This document shows positions 12,918 through 26,952 of a stretch of 64,000 bases of DNA, piece by piece. The stretch is from assembly GCF_004010195.1 (NCBI RefSeq), contig NC_057756.1, forward strand, positions 5,073,852-5,137,851, in the 5' to 3' direction. Every line of letters starts with the position of its first letter. Within the stretch, counting starts at the first letter, position 1. The notes beneath the pieces are model-generated. The model searched no databases. It had not been told where the DNA came from and saw only the letters and a list, made by a program, of their open reading frames with translations. The DNA is from Chiloscyllium plagiosum (taxonomy: Eukaryota). A program made the translations under genes and the position numbers.

Positions 12918-13468
12918 ATATTGCGTGCAATTCTGCTCTCCTTCTGATTGGAAGGACATTGTGAAACTTGAAAGGGTTCAGAAAAGATTTACAAGGATGT
13001 TGCCAGAGTTGGAGGGTTTGAGCTACAGGGAGAGGTTGAACAGGCTGGGGCTGTTTTCCCTGGAGTGTTGGAGGCTGAGGGGTGACCTTATAGAGGTTTA
13101 TAAAATCATGAGGGGCATGGATAAGGTAAATAGACAAGGTCTTTCTTTCCCTGTAGTTGGGGAGTCTGGAACTAGATGGCATAGGTTTAGGGTGAGAGGG
13201 GAAAAATTAAAAAGGGACCTAAAGGGAAACTTGTCACAAAGAGGGTGGTACGTGTATGGAATGAGCTGTTAGAGGAAGTGGTTGGGTGGAGGCTGGCGCA
13301 ATGACAACATTTAAAAGGCATCTAAACTGGTATGTGAACAGGAAGGGTATGCAGGGATATGGGCCAAGTGCTGGCAAATGGGACTAGATTAGGTTAGGAT
13401 ATCTGGTTGGCATAGATGAGTCAGACCAAAGAATCTGTCTCCTTGCTGTACATCTCTTATGACTATGT
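12918..13468 (+). mobile_element. CR1-type LINE 3' end
   Basis: YCVQF.SP...KDIVKLERVQKRFTRMLPELEGLSYRERLNRLGLFSLE..RLRGDLIEVYKIMRG. Confidence 0.92.
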
Positions 13469-14449
13469 CTCTAATTAGCATGGTCAAGAGTTCAGTGGGT
13501 GTTCCAGTAACCTTTCACCTGTGCACATAGAAATGAAATGACTTGGAAAAGGACAATAATTTGATATCTCCACTCACCAGTGATATAGATGGAATCACTC
13601 TTTCTTCAAACATACACAGCCCAAGTATCCCACCATATATATAGTTTGCAGAGTTGGTTTCTGATTCCTCAGATGAGTCAGCTGTCTCCAATGCATGTTG
13701 ACATACATCTCAGCAAAGTAAAAATATGTTGTGTGAAGTCTGATTGAAGTGTGGTCAGCAGTTGGGACAATGGGAATTATTTTCAGACTGGTATTTGATG
13801 AGAAATCCTGTATGGGGAAGCTACATCTCCCAGCGACAACTCCAGTCCCTCATTCGAGGTAAAGGCATAATGGGAGATTTAGAGGTTTAATCCTCATGAA
13901 CAATTCCCATTACGGACACTTGATCCAAATATGTTTATTGTGCTGGACACAATGATTGGTGGAGGGATGTTTAAGACTTTATCTGACATATCAAGTCAAT
14001 TTTACCTTCAAAGTATTTCCACCCTTTGTTCCATACCCAATGTTATCAATAGATTTGCAGAATAAACCTACCTGTTATTGTGGGTAGGTGCTTGCCTGTG
14101 GAGGGAGGAAACTCTTGTCATTCTGCGTCGAAGAGTTGAGTTTAGAGTGTTGATTTCTAACAATACGTCCAAGGGATTGAAATGGATGTGAATGCTTTGG
14201 TCGTAAAATGCACTCTTGAAACAGAACATTTATAATAATTGTACATTTACAAGTACTCGGTGTAGCGGTCAGGTAAAGAGAGCTGTAAAATAATGTTATT
14301 TGGCACTGAGAAATCTCAGTAGACTTGAAACTCTATCCACAGCTCTGAAAAAACTGACGAGCCACAGTCACCAGGGAAAAGTTAGAAATATGATTGCTGT
14401 GGTTCACTCATGCGCAGGACCCAATGACCTGCAGCCCAGCATCAGAAAA

Positions 14450-17400
14450 TAAGTGCATATGGTGAACTTACACCCCGGGTCTTAATCTCTCAAAATTCCT
14501 TAGCTCCTGGATGAATTCAAGTGGACTATTCCTTTTTAAGGAAGAGAGGAGATGGAAAGTCTTCAGGGTAATTGCTGGAAGCCTTTATTACGATTGCTAG
14601 TCAGAAAATAATCAAGCAGAGTGAACATGGTTTTATGAAAGGGGAATTTAGTGGGGTTATCTGAAGAAATATCAAGTTGGGATAAAAGGCAACACGCTGA
14701 TGGATTTTCAACTTGGAGACGGTTAGAAAGGAAGTTCTAATGAAGGATTTTGAACAAGTTATGGGTTAAACTAAAAGAGCAGAAATCCGCCCCCAAGTGA
14801 TCATCTTAGAATTGCTACAGGTAAACTGGCGAAAGGTAAAGAGTATCAAGGAGTTAAGTGTATGGCGCAGGCGAAATGGGGCATTGGCACATGGCGAGGG
14901 GAGAGCGAAACTGTTCGAATGGGACGGGCTTCACTTGAGCCGTGTGTCCTGGGCGAATTGATGAAGTTGTGCTGCTGTCGAGAGAAAGTTTTAAACTAAC
15001 TCGAGGGTGGGAGGGTAGAGAAGAAAGGAACTGTTAGCTTTCAAAGCAAAAGCATATGGCAGCATTTCCAGGCCACTGTTTAGATAGTGACACTCAGAGT
15101 GAGGCAGGAGGGACGGAGCGTGTCGTATGAAAACATATGAAGCATATAAAAAAACAGCAGCAAACAGGAGGCAAGAGGGAATATGGTTAAAAGGCAAAAA
15201 TAATGGCTGTTTACTTGAACCCATGTCGTATTCATAACAAAATTAATGAATTATTGGCATAAATAGAGGTTTCATGGGAATGATCTTCTAACCACTACAG
15301 AGGCATGTTTACAGTGAGATCAAAACTGGGATGTTGAAGGGGAGTGTGACTTTTCCAAAAGGCAGGCAGGATGGAAAGGCTAGAGGAGCAGTTTTGTTCA
15401 TACAAGATGGGACAAGGACGAGAAATCATCCTGGATTGGACTGCGTAGAATCCATAGGTGCGGAAGTGAAAAATAGCAAGGGGGAGAGAGGACATTGGTG
15501 GGAATGGTCTATCAGCGGATTAACAGTGTCAATACTGTCGAACCGAAAGTAAGTTAGGAAAGAATGAAGGTATGCAAAAAAAAAGGCAGTGCGTGCGTTG
15601 TTGGTGACTTCAATCTTCATGGAGATTGGAGAAATAAACCTGGCAAAAGTAGGCACATGGAAAAAGTCAGACTGTATGCAGGACACTTTCCTGGAACAAA
15701 ATATAATGGACCCAAACATGAATCAGGTGCTCTTGGATCTGGTAATGTGTAACGAGGCAGGTTTAATAAATGATCTCAGAGCAAATGATCCACGAGGGAA
15801 TAATGCCCATGACATGGTAGAATTTAGCATTCAGTTTGAGGGGAAGAGTTGGCTGGAGTGGACTAGGGAAGGAGGTTAGCAGAAAAGATGGTTGAGGAAC
15901 AATGGCTGCTGATTAACAAAAGAGGTGGCATAGTGGCTCAGTGGTTAGCACGGCTGCCTCACGGCGTCAGGGACCCGGGTTCGATTCCAGCCTCAGGCGA
16001 CTCTCTGTGTTGAGTTTACACATTCTTCCCGTGTCTGCGTGGGTTTCCTCTGGGTGCTCCAGTTTCACCCACAGTCCAAAGATGTGCGGGTTAGGGTGGA
16101 CTGGCCGTGGTAAACTGTCCCATAGTGTCCAGGGGTGTGTAGATTAGGGTGGACTGGCCATAGTAAATTGTACCATAGTGCCCAGGGATGTGCAGGTTAG
16201 GGTGGACTGGCCATAGTAAATTGTCCCATAGTGCCCAGGGATGTGTAGGTTAGGGTGGACTGGCCATAGTAAATTGTCCCATAGTACCCAGGGATGCGCA
16301 GGTTAGGGTGGATTGGCCAAACAAAATTGTCCCATAGTGCCCAGCGAAGTGTAGATCAGATCAAGGGAAATGTAGAGTGAAAGGGTGGGGAATGGATCTG
16401 GGTGGGATACTCCTCAGAGGGTCAGTGTTGGGCCAAATGGCCTGTTTCCACACTGTAGGGATTCTGTGGTTCTATGATTGTTCAGGATTAACAGCAAAAA
16501 AAAAACATAGTCTAGTCACAAAGGATTCCAGGAAGGGGACAAACCAGCCAGGGTTAAACAAAGAAGTTAAGGAGAGTATCAAATAAAAAAAATACAGCCA
16601 TGATTAGCAAACTAGAAGACAGGGATTGTTTTAAAAATAGGCAAAACAAGGCTAAAACGTAATCTATGAGAAGGTAAACAATGACAGTAAACTCGCAAGT
16701 AACATAAAAATTGATAGTAAGTGCTTCTTAAAATATCCAAAGAGAGGAAAAAAGAATCCAAAATGAATATAAGTCCCTTAAAGAATGAGGCCGGGGAAAT
16801 TATAATGGGGAGCCAGGAAGTGGCAGAGAGGTTAATTAAAAGTTTACATCAGTCTAAATAGTAAAGGCCACAATAACGAGAGAAAAAGAAAAACTTATTG
16901 AACTAAAGACCGATAAGTTCACTGGCTGGAATGTTTCTCGGATATTAAAGGAAGTGGCGATAGAGTTAGTGGATAAACTGGCAGTAATCTTCCACCGTGC
17001 TGCCCCCAAGTAACACATTTCCAAAACGCACTCGAAAGGTCCTGCACTCAAGGTTAATAACAGAAGAGCCTATGGTGTCAGAGGTAGCGTATCAGCATGG
17101 ATAGAACAACGGGTCGGGGTAAGTGGAAGAGCACTTTCAGGAGAGCTGTAACTTTGTGAAGTTGTGAAGAGGTGGGTTTTGGGGCCACAAGTATTTACAA
17201 TCGACAATAATAACTCGTATGATGGAAGTTTGTGGATGACTCAAAACTAGGTGGGAAGGCAGTTAGGGAGGATGACCCAAGCTCTCTACTGAGGGACGTG
17301 GATATTTTACGTGAATGGGCAAAGTATCGGGCCAATGGAATATCCTGTGGAAAACTGCAAGGCTTTATATGCACATTGGCAGGAAGAATAGAAGGGCTGA

Positions 17401-18300
17401 ATATTATTTAAATAGAGAGTGACTGTAAAAAGCTGGGATTTGGAGTCTTTTTGCATGAATCACAAAAAGCCAACATCTAAACTTAGTAGACAAATGAAAT
17501 GTTGGTTTTTATTTCAAAGAGAATGAGGAACCCTTGAGGGTGCTGAGTTTATACTCATTGGAGTTCAGAAGTGGGGGGTGGATCGAATTCAACCTTACGG
17601 AATACCGAATGGCCTGGACAGAGTAGATGTTGGTAGGAGAGACTAAGAGCTGAGGGCACAGCATTAGAGCAAAGGGAAGACCTTTTAGAATGGAGATAAA
17701 GAGAAGCTTCTTCAGCCAGAGAGTGGGGAATCCATGAGATTCACTGCCACAGAAGGATGTGGGGGTCAGATCATTGAGTATATTTAAGACTGAGATGGAT
17801 AGGTTCCTGAGTATCAAGGGGGTGAAGGGTCAGGGGGAGAAAGCGGGAGAATGGAGGTTGAGAAACTTTGTCAGCCATGATTGGATAGTGGAGCAGACAT
17901 GATGGGCTGAATGGCCTAACCTCTGCTATGGTCCTATGGTCTTAAGAATAAAAAATGGGGAAGCCTTGTGAAAAGCACTTGTCACAACTGGAGTAAAGTG
18001 AACAGGATTGGCATTGAAGGCCGTCCCAGGAAGGGAGGGGTATCATTCCAAAATATGAGGAGAAATATCTTCACTCAAAGGAGTGTGATGATTTGGAATT
18101 CATTACCGAAGAGGGTTGTAAGAAACTTCGCAATTGAATCGAAATAAGGCTGGGACAGACACGTTTTTAGACTCTTGGGGAATGGAAGGATACAGGGAAT
18201 GGGCGAGAAATTGTAGCTGATGCCTACGATGAGTCAAGATCCTGTGGTGTGTTGCACAGTCTCGATGGGCGAGATGATTTCCTTCAGCTCCTATCCCTTA
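14450..18300 (+). mobile_element. Long decayed CR1-type LINE region (endonuclease to 3' end) with nested SINE and CR1 tails
   Basis: Fragments VVGDFNL and FLEQNIMDP...LLDLVMCNE...HDMVEF (AP-endonuclease-like), followed by decayed RT and 3' sequences; boundaries approximate. Confidence 0.7.
15924..16478 (+). mobile_element. HE1-like SINE with about 5 internal 53-bp tandem units
   Basis: Same head, core and tail; repeated GGATGTGCAGGTTAGGGTGGACTGGCCATAGTAAATTGTCCCATAGTGCCCAG. Confidence 0.85.
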
Positions 18301-18791
18301 TGTTCCGTACCGTCGGAATGCCATACTCCGACAGGGTGGTTGCTAAAGCGACAGATACTGTGTGTGTGTACTCCAACCCTTGACTGATTATCAGACTTAG
18401 GCCTCCCATTGAGTCCTCCATTTCTATCATACCAGAGAACTTGTCTATCCTGATGGCAAGTTCAGACCAAAAGGTATTATTTGGACCAACGTCATCTCTT
18501 TTAACAATATTTGTTTCACATTTTACAGGTAATTCTTTTGAGTTCAATTTCCTGGGGGTGAAATCTACATTTTTTTCTGCATTTTGTTCAAGATATTCAA
18601 ATAGTGACAAACTTATCTGTAATGGGCTGTTGATTGGCCCCATGGCAAATTTTCATTTGGTCCTCCACTCAGAGGGATGCAACTGTTTAACAGGAGCTCC
18701 CAAATAAATTCAGAGTAATCCTGCAACAACTCTATTTAGGTCTACTCCTTCATAGCATGGAGCTGAATGATAATCTTGTGTATTTTGACAG

Positions 18792-19067
18792 AATCTATCT
18801 CTGAGCCTATCGTCTCATCAGACAACGTAAGTCCCGTAGAACACAATGATACGGTGACTCTGAAATGCACTGCTTCAGGGCCAGTACAATCATATTACTG
18901 GCTTAGAGGAGATGCCATTGTCAATAATGGTGATAGAATTGTTCTCAGTCAAAGTAATGAAACCCTCACTGTGTCTGGAGTTTTGAGGACAGACGGAGGA
19001 TTTATATGCCATGCATATAATGCAATTGATTGGAGCAGAAGTGAGCCGTATTATCTAAACGTTAGCT
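18792..19067 (+). CDS. Exon 3, IgC-type A1 domain
   Basis: Acceptor ttttgacag, donor T|GTAAGT; PVEHNDTVTLKC...YYW...NETLTVSGV...FICHAYN...SEPYYLNVS. Confidence 0.93.
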
Positions 19068-21611
19068 GTAAGTGTTACAGTAAATTCTTTCAACATTTTA
19101 GCTGCTTGTTGCCAAATGTAGTGAGATTAACATGGGGGAGTCGGAAGAGGCAATTACTTATATTTTTATATGTGAAATTTCTAACACATATTTTGCAAAT
19201 CGAGCTTCAATGTTACTTATTTGGGTTGAGTGCGGATACAATTCCCCATCGGTTTGGAAAAATATGAGAAGTTGATTGATAAGACATTTGATTCTTGTGG
19301 AATCTCTTTAAAATTCTAATTTGACATAACATGAAGATTAAATATTTCCTGACCCCAAAGGTTGCGAACCAGAATTGGTACATCTTGCATTTTCTACAGA
19401 TCTGTCAATCATCTTGCTGGTGATAGAATCGTACTAGACTTTGCATGAATTGTGTGAAAGAAAGCTTTCAATGACTTCCTAATGTCTAATCCATAATCAG
19501 CGCATTAAATGTGATCTGGAATTGGAAACTGCCCTCAGTCATGGTGAATATGAAACCCACTTTGATCGTCATCAGAGCACAATAAATTCCCTCTGTGTCA
19601 TCTACTGAACACTAACCATGAGGCCATAACAAAAAAGAATAGGACAAGGCCATTCAGCCCCTATTCCATAGGATCATGGCTGATCCCACACATGTTCCTG
19701 CCCTTCCCTCATAACTCTTGATTCCCCTCCTGATCAAGAATCTGTCTACCTCAGCCTTAAATATATGCAAGGACTCTGCCCCCCACAGTGACAAGGAGTT
19801 CCAAAGACTCACAATCTCGGAGAGAACAAATTCCGCCTCACCTCAGTCTGTAATTGTGCCCCTTCGTTCTGAGCCTATGGCCTCTGGTCTGAGATTCTCC
19901 CCAGAGGAAAAACATTCTCTCAGCATTTACCCTGTCAAACCCCATTAAGAATCCTGCATGTTTCAATGAGATGACCGTTCATAGACCCAATCTCTACAGC
20001 CTTCGCTCAAAAGACAATCCCTCCATATCATTGATCGCCCTAGTGAACCTTCTCTGCTCCATCCAATGACATATTATCTTTTCTTAAATAAGGGGGCCAA
20101 AACTGCTCATAGCACTCCAGATGTGGCCCCACCAGCTCCTTGTACTGTTGCAGTAAGACTTCACTCTAATTCCTTTGAAATAATATTCCTTTGGCCTTCC
20201 TGATTGTCCCTTTCACCTGTGTGTGAGCTTTCCTGCACAAATACACCAAATCCCTTGGTGTTCCAATGTTCTACAGTCTTTTGTTTTCCCCCAATTTGAA
20301 TAATAATCTGTTCTTTGGCTTTTCCCTCCCAAATGAACAACTTCCCATTTGTCCACACAATACTTCCCACACAATACTGTATTCCCTTCACTTCGTATTA
20401 TCCGAAGCCAGGAATCAAGGACGCCTTCCACAGTGGAATGATAATCTTCTTGTAATCTGGAGTCTAGAACTGCACAGCGTGATTGAGATAGGGATCAACA
20501 AACGTCCTGCAGAGGCGTTGTCTAATGATATCACGTCCATGATTTAATTGACTCCTCCCCCTCAATTTGCTCTGATCATGCCCTGTATTTGATTTGTCAC
20601 TGATTCCATCAAACGATTCTCATTGAATCGTAGAAAAATAGGACCAGGAGTAGGCCATTCGACCCCTCAAGCCTTCTCCACTCATTCAATGTGATCCCGG
20701 TTGACCATTCAGCTCAAACCCCTGTTCCCCCTCTCTCTATTTTGATCCCTTTCACCCTAAGAACTGTATCAAACGCCTTCTTGAAAACGTCATTGGTCCC
20801 AACCACCTTCCACGACAGGAATTTCTATAAGCTCCCCACTCTCTGGGTGAAGATGTTTCTCCCCTGTCAATGGGAGCATCCTTCCTGCTTTGATCCTGCC
20901 TAGTCCTGGACGTGTTTTAGAGGTTGCTATGAGATACCTCACTTGCTCTTCTGAACTGTAGTGAATATAGTCCTAGCCGATCCAATCTCTCCCCATAACA
21001 CCACCTGGTCTGTAACTAAACTATTAATTTCTCTCCCCTAATTCCAACATTTTGTTCCTGATAATTTCAATTGGAATCCCCCAACTGGACAAGCCTAGCT
21101 GCAAGTTTCTTTTAATAATTGTCTTACAGCACACCTCTGGAGTTGGTGGGACTTGAACTCACGCCTCTTGGCTCAGAGGCACGTAAGCGAGCACTGAGCT
21201 ACAGGGGAGCTCCATACTGCATCTTACCAACACAACCTTTGACTCCTCGCAACTTCCTTCAATCTGCTGTCGATTAGGCAATCACAACAATGTTATCGCA
21301 ATCCCTAATTCCAAGTGATTGAATGTTGCAAAAGCTGATCCAATACCTCCATTGGATTTTCCCACCTGCTTCCTCCCAAAAGGACCCTTTCGGTGAGCCG
21401 AATCGAGTCAGGTTCCCAACAGACCAGCATCTGGGAAGAATTTAAGCCCGCGTCCACAGCCAAACCTGAGCTCCATTTTCCAGGCAAAACAATGCCCCCT
21501 TCCGTATCCTCAACAAGTCCCAGTATGAAAATTCCCGCCTAATTTCCTGTGCTTCCAACAGAGAAGGAAAAGCTACTGATGTGAACATCGATATGAGTTG
21601 GCCATTATTTC

Positions 21612-21805
21612 TTGATGTGGAGGTGCCGCTGTTGGACTGGGGTGTACAAAATTAAAAATCGCACAACACCAGGTTATAGTACCAACAGGTTTATTTGGAA
21701 GCACGAGCTTTCGGAGCGCTGCTCCTTCATCGGATGATGCTCCGAAAGCTAGTGCTTCCAAATAAGCCTGTTGCACTATAGCCTGGTGTTGTGTGATTTT
21801 TAACC
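21612..21805. mobile_element. Fold-back (inverted) pair of Penelope-type terminal repeats, family A
   Basis: AAAATCGCACAACACCAGGTTATAGT...GGAAGCACGAGCTTTCGGAGC is mirrored by GCTCCGAAAGCTAGTGCTTCC...CTGGTGTTGTGTGATTTTT. Confidence 0.75.
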
Positions 21806-22852
21806 TTTATTTCTTGTTTGCCTAATGCCAGAGACCTTCTGGTTCCTTTCACAGAAACATAGGAACAGACCATTCAGCCCCTTGAGACTGTTTCATCATT
21901 CGACCAGCTGGTATGTGGCCTGACTCTGTACACCTGCCTTTGTCCCATATGCCTTCGCATCTTTGCTTAACAAATGATTATCTATCTCAGATTTAAAATT
22001 AACCACTGATTTCAGCATCCACTAGCATTTGTGGAAGAGAGTTCCAAATATCTACCGCCCTTTGTATATAGAAACATCCTAACATCATTCTTGAATAGTC
22101 AGGCCCCATTTCCCAGGCTAATACCTCCAGGTAAAGAGTCCCCAACCAGTGGCAATAGTTTATGTTTATCTGTCCTGTCTTTTCCAGTTAATTTCTTGAA
22201 GACTTCAATCTGACCACGCCTTAACCTTCTAAATTCTAGAGAACACAGAGCTAATTTGTATAATCTCCTCTCGTAGCTTAACCCCTGAAGTCCAGGTAAC
22301 ATTCACGTAAACATTACATCAGATCAATATATCCTTCCTAAGATATGATGCCCAGATTTCTCACAGTACTCCAGTTGGGGTCTAACTGGGGTTTTCTACA
22401 ACTGCAGTTAGGTATCACTATGTCTTTCGCTGTCTGTTTAATTTCATTGCTTTACATCTGTTCTTATATTGTTTTTCGATTCCTGGCAATCCTATTCTTC
22501 TTGTTCTGTCAACAACCTTTGACACATTCTTACACCTTTTTTTGCCTGTCACTGAAGTCAAAGCTAAAATGTTAGGATCATACAATGAGGAAGAACTTGC
22601 ACTCACACCTCTCACCCTACTGGCCACAGGATATCCCCAAAATGTTTCAGAACCAATGTAACACATCAAAGTGTTGTCATTATTTTAACACGTGAAACTT
22701 CAGTGGTCAAAATCTGCAATGCAACATCCCATAAACCGCAATCGGAAAGAAAAAGACTTATTACCCTAATTTGATGATATTGGTGGGGGCTGAATGTTGG
22801 CAAAGGCACTCTCTTTATTGAGATATTTACTTCAGTCTGTCATTGTCTGTCA

Positions 22853-23420
22853 AGATTTGGAGATGCTGGTGTTGGACTGGGGTGTGCAAAGTTAAAAATC
22901 ACACAACACCAGGTTATAGTCCAACAGGTTTATTTGGAAGCACTAGCTTTCGGAGCGCTCCATCAGGTGGTTGTGGAGTACAAGATCGTAGACGCAGGAA
23001 TTATAGCAAAATGAGCTGCCCTCGGTGAGACTATCTGTGCCACAATGGTCAGACTGATCTAATCTAAAAAAATGGATTCTGTAAATCTGTCTCACCCAGG
23101 GCATCTCACACCTTAAATGCACTTTCTGGGCCAACATGGGACCAATTGTTAAAGTTCACTTGAGAATGTAACTTGTAAACTTTCTGCGATTTACATATCA
23201 AAGAACTGACACCAACATGTCCATTCTAAAAGATGAGAGACTTAAAAAGCATTCCAGGTCTTTTTCAGTTCAGTTACCTCACACTGTAAAATTTTGCTAT
23301 AAATCCTGTGTCTATGATCTTATACTCTACAACCATCTGATGAAGGAGCTGCACTCTGAAAGCTAGTGTTTCCGAATAAACCTGTTGGACCATAACCTGG
23401 TGTTGTGTGATTTTTAACAT
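22853..23420. mobile_element. Penelope-like remnant with inverted arms of about 130 bp, family A
   Basis: About 22890-23011 is the reverse complement of about 23290-23418; both arms carry hammerhead-type motifs. Confidence 0.75.
23334..23368 (+). ncRNA. Minimal hammerhead ribozyme motif (family A) in intron 3
   Basis: CAT-CTGATGA-A-GGAGCtgcACTCT-GAA-AGCT-A-GTG. Confidence 0.62.
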
Positions 23421-24039
23421 CGTCCCTCAATTCAGTTTGAGAAAGTCCTTCATCGTCTCTTGTTTATGCATATTCATGCACTGTTTTGAAAAAAAAATGC
23501 TGTGCCCGCTTCCTCAAATTTCAGCTTCCTAAAGATTCAAACCAAATTCAGACAAAATGTTACAAAATACAATGTTACTTTCCATAGCCAGTGGCATCTG
23601 CAGTTAGATTCCATGAGGTTAAGATACATACTTCTAAAACACCTTGATCCTTAACTTCAGTCTTTACAGAATGTTATGAGCTGTTTGGCTTCCATCCATC
23701 TGATGTGATCATTAACCATCTCGGTAAGAGAGTAAAGGACGCGATGAGCACGATAAAGGCAATATAGCTCCTCTTTAATCTTAAAATCAAGACTAAGAAC
23801 AAATAAATTCCTACAAATTACATATCTGAAAAAGCCTACATTTTGGAACAAAGCTTTTTTTCACATATGCAACTTAGCTCTTAGTTTTGTTTTCAATTTT
23901 TTGGGTTTTTATTCAACACTACGAGTGGCATGATTTGTGGACATAATGATTTGTGAAATAACTTATGTAGGCTTGTGTGTTGCATGCTAACTTTACAATC
24001 CAAGTGACATGTTGTAACTAATCGTGCGTTTGCTTTTAG

Positions 24040-24303
24040 ATGGACCGGAATCTCTAAATATATCCATCAACCCACAACATGATTTATACATTTTGGGGTC
24101 AAATGTGATTTTTACCTGTTCTGCCATTTCAAAACCCGTTTCTGAATTTCAGTGGTACCTTAACGGGAATTCACTTCATAAATATGGACAGCAGCTAATC
24201 ATTTCTGATATAACCTTGAATAACACTGGTATCTACACTTGTGAAGCCTTTAATACTGTGACCAAAAGATACAGCACAACAATGAGGGATATCATTGTGG
24301 TCG
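24040..24303 (+). CDS. Exon 4, IgC-type B1 domain
   Basis: Acceptor gcttttag, donor G|GTATGT; YGPES...GSNVIFTCSA.SKP..FQWYLNG...NTGIYTCEAFN. Confidence 0.93.
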
Positions 24304-26952
24304 GTATGTAAGCCTGACTATCTTGTCGAATAGAAACGTCCTTGTAACTTGTGAAATCTGTTCGTGTTGTGTGGTAGATCTAGCTGTGTTTGTAGCAGTG
24401 GTAGTTGTGGTTGTTAATCACTGTCTCTCAAAAAGTATATTCAACTTTGTCCCTCATGTTTCGTCTGTCGTTTGTGAATTTACTGTAAAGTCGCAAAACA
24501 GTATCTCTATTCTGCTTCTGCCTGTGTTTTTTCTTTTGGAATCAAGTTTGAGGGGGTTGGTTTCTAGAACAGACACCCAATCCCCACTACCTCTTTGACA
24601 GACCTCATGATTTTGATGATGATGTTGATTTTTATTGTCATGTATACTCAAGTACAAAGTAGAATGAAAAGTGTACAATAATGCCACACAAGGTCCTATC
24701 TCAGATACAAGTACTTAGGTGCAGAATCTTAACAGCAAGATAGAAAGAGGGAACAGGGTTAAAGGTTTAGCATCGCAGTAATTATAGAAAAACGTGTGCA
24801 ATAAGGTTAAAAGTTGCGCTTTGCAGACCTTCTTCAAAAGTCCACCACATCCTGGCAAGCGACCATCACGCCAGGCCAAGAGTCGGCCACACTGTGCCGA
24901 GAGTCTTGACTAAAGTTCACCTCGCCAGGCCGGCATGAATATCCACGTGTTTGTTTCATAAACTCAGTCATTGACAAGTGAGCACTCTTTGGAGGATATT
25001 CAGAGTCAATGCCCCCAGTTCAGGGCAAAGTTATTTGTTAAAATGTCACGCTGTCTGATAAAGTTGCTTCAAACAGTGCTGGTGAACAAATCTGGCAGCA
25101 TCCGTGGAGACAGAAACAGAGTTAATGCAATGAGTCCAACACAACGAGCAACTCGAAGCAGAGTTATATTGGACTTAAAACTTTGGTTCCCTCTCCCCCG
25201 ATGTTACCAGGCCTGTCGAGTTGCTTCAGGATTCCCTGTAACTGTTTCAGATTTCCTGCAGCGGCGTTTATGAAAAGTTTGCGTGTTATTTGAGGAGATA
25301 ATGCGGAGGCTTGATGACCGATATACAAATAGCACTGCGGTCCATCAAGAGTTTCTGATGGCGTAAAACGAGGCGTTCCATTATATCGTGTCGGATGCAG
25401 TGGGAACATGGGTAAGGGCTGACAGACGGAGATAACAGTCATTAACAGTTAGTCTGAGAGTGTATGTGGAGACCGAAGCAGAATTGGCGTTTCAACACCT
25501 CACCAGCAAATGGGTGAAGATAAGACTTAACAGGCAAGAGTTCCTCCCAGCCACTGCCCACCTCCCAGGAAGCGATAATAAGAAGTGGAAAATATACACT
25601 CTATGGGGAAGGCTTGGGGCCTAGTGAGGGAAAGCGGCCCTTATGTAGGTGGTTCTACATGTTTGATGATACAGGCTCAATATCCCGAAAGGCCACCTCA
25701 GTATTCTACACTATCTATTCATTTCTTTTGAATTTTTGTATACAATTATTTCATCAAATTCAGCTCCCTTGCTCGTTATGTTCTTTTATATTACAGGATC
25801 AGAGAACATGATTTTAACTTATGGTATTAAACTTATTTGCCGGCACTTCAATTATTTTGGAAATAATTTCATATAAAGCAACATATATTTACTATGCTTT
25901 ATTTTACTGTATGTCTGTGAATACAACCTTTATATCTTTACTATGATATCTCATTGGGAAGCATTTAAATTATTGCAACTTGCTCATAAATATAGCACTG
26001 ATTAAATCGCATTATGTCAAGTTATATTCACATCGGTCAACTGTGAGGATAGATTAAAGATGTTGGGACTGTTCTTTTTGGTGAGACAAAGGTTTCGAGG
26101 AGATTTTCGCTGAGGTTTTCAAAATATGATGGATACAATGGACAGGGATAATTGTTCCCGCTTGTGAAATAAACAAGACTGCGAGGGCATAGATATAAAC
26201 GCCATACGTATGAAGTCAGAGTGACAGCGAGTGAGCTGGAGTGTGCTGCCTGACAATGTGACAGACGCAGGTTCGATTGAAGCACTCAGGAGGGGCATTG
26301 GATAGTGGTTTGAACAGTCATTATGAGCTAGCGTTAGCGTCATTGTCGCATGTACTCAGATGAGTCCACTTACGACGCCATCTTCAGCGCAGACTCTTCA
26401 GTACAAGTTCTCAGTTAAAAGAAAATGAGAAAATAAAGACATAAAAGGTCCGGCATTAGAGGTCGTTGGAATAGTTGAGAAAATTGAGACGAGGAGACAA
26501 GGACACAGCCTTAGAGTAAAGGGACGACCGTTTAGAACGGAGATAAGGAGAAACTTCTTCAGCCAAAGAGTGGGGAATCTATGGGCTTCATTGCCACAGA
26601 AGGCTGTGGAGGCCAGGTCATTATATACTTAAAACTGGGATAGATAGGTTTGTGAATATCAAGGGTTACGGGGAGAAAATGGGAGAATGGGGTTGGGAAA
26701 CTTTTCAGCCATGATTGAATGGCACAGCAGACTCGATGGGCTGAATGGCCTAATTTCTGTTCCTACGTCTTATGGTCTAAAATAGGGAAATACATAGGTC
26801 ATAATCATGGTTCTTTCAACCCAGTCCACGTTGGCACCTAGCCTCCAATCCAAACCAGGCCTTTGCTCCACACCGCTTCAGGCTTCACCTCAAGGCCAGG
26901 AGATCACTCTGGAATCACTGTGAGATCAGAAGGTCATGCTGAGGCCACACCG

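Noticed and set aside
12330..13272. Long ORFs crossing N runs (also at 6449-7010 and 49305-50299)
   Set aside because: Artefacts of the gaps; the real parts are CR1 fragments or satellite.
16090..16310. Interstitial telomeric repeats (TTAGGG)
   Set aside because: Single hexamers inside the 53-bp SINE unit, not tandem.
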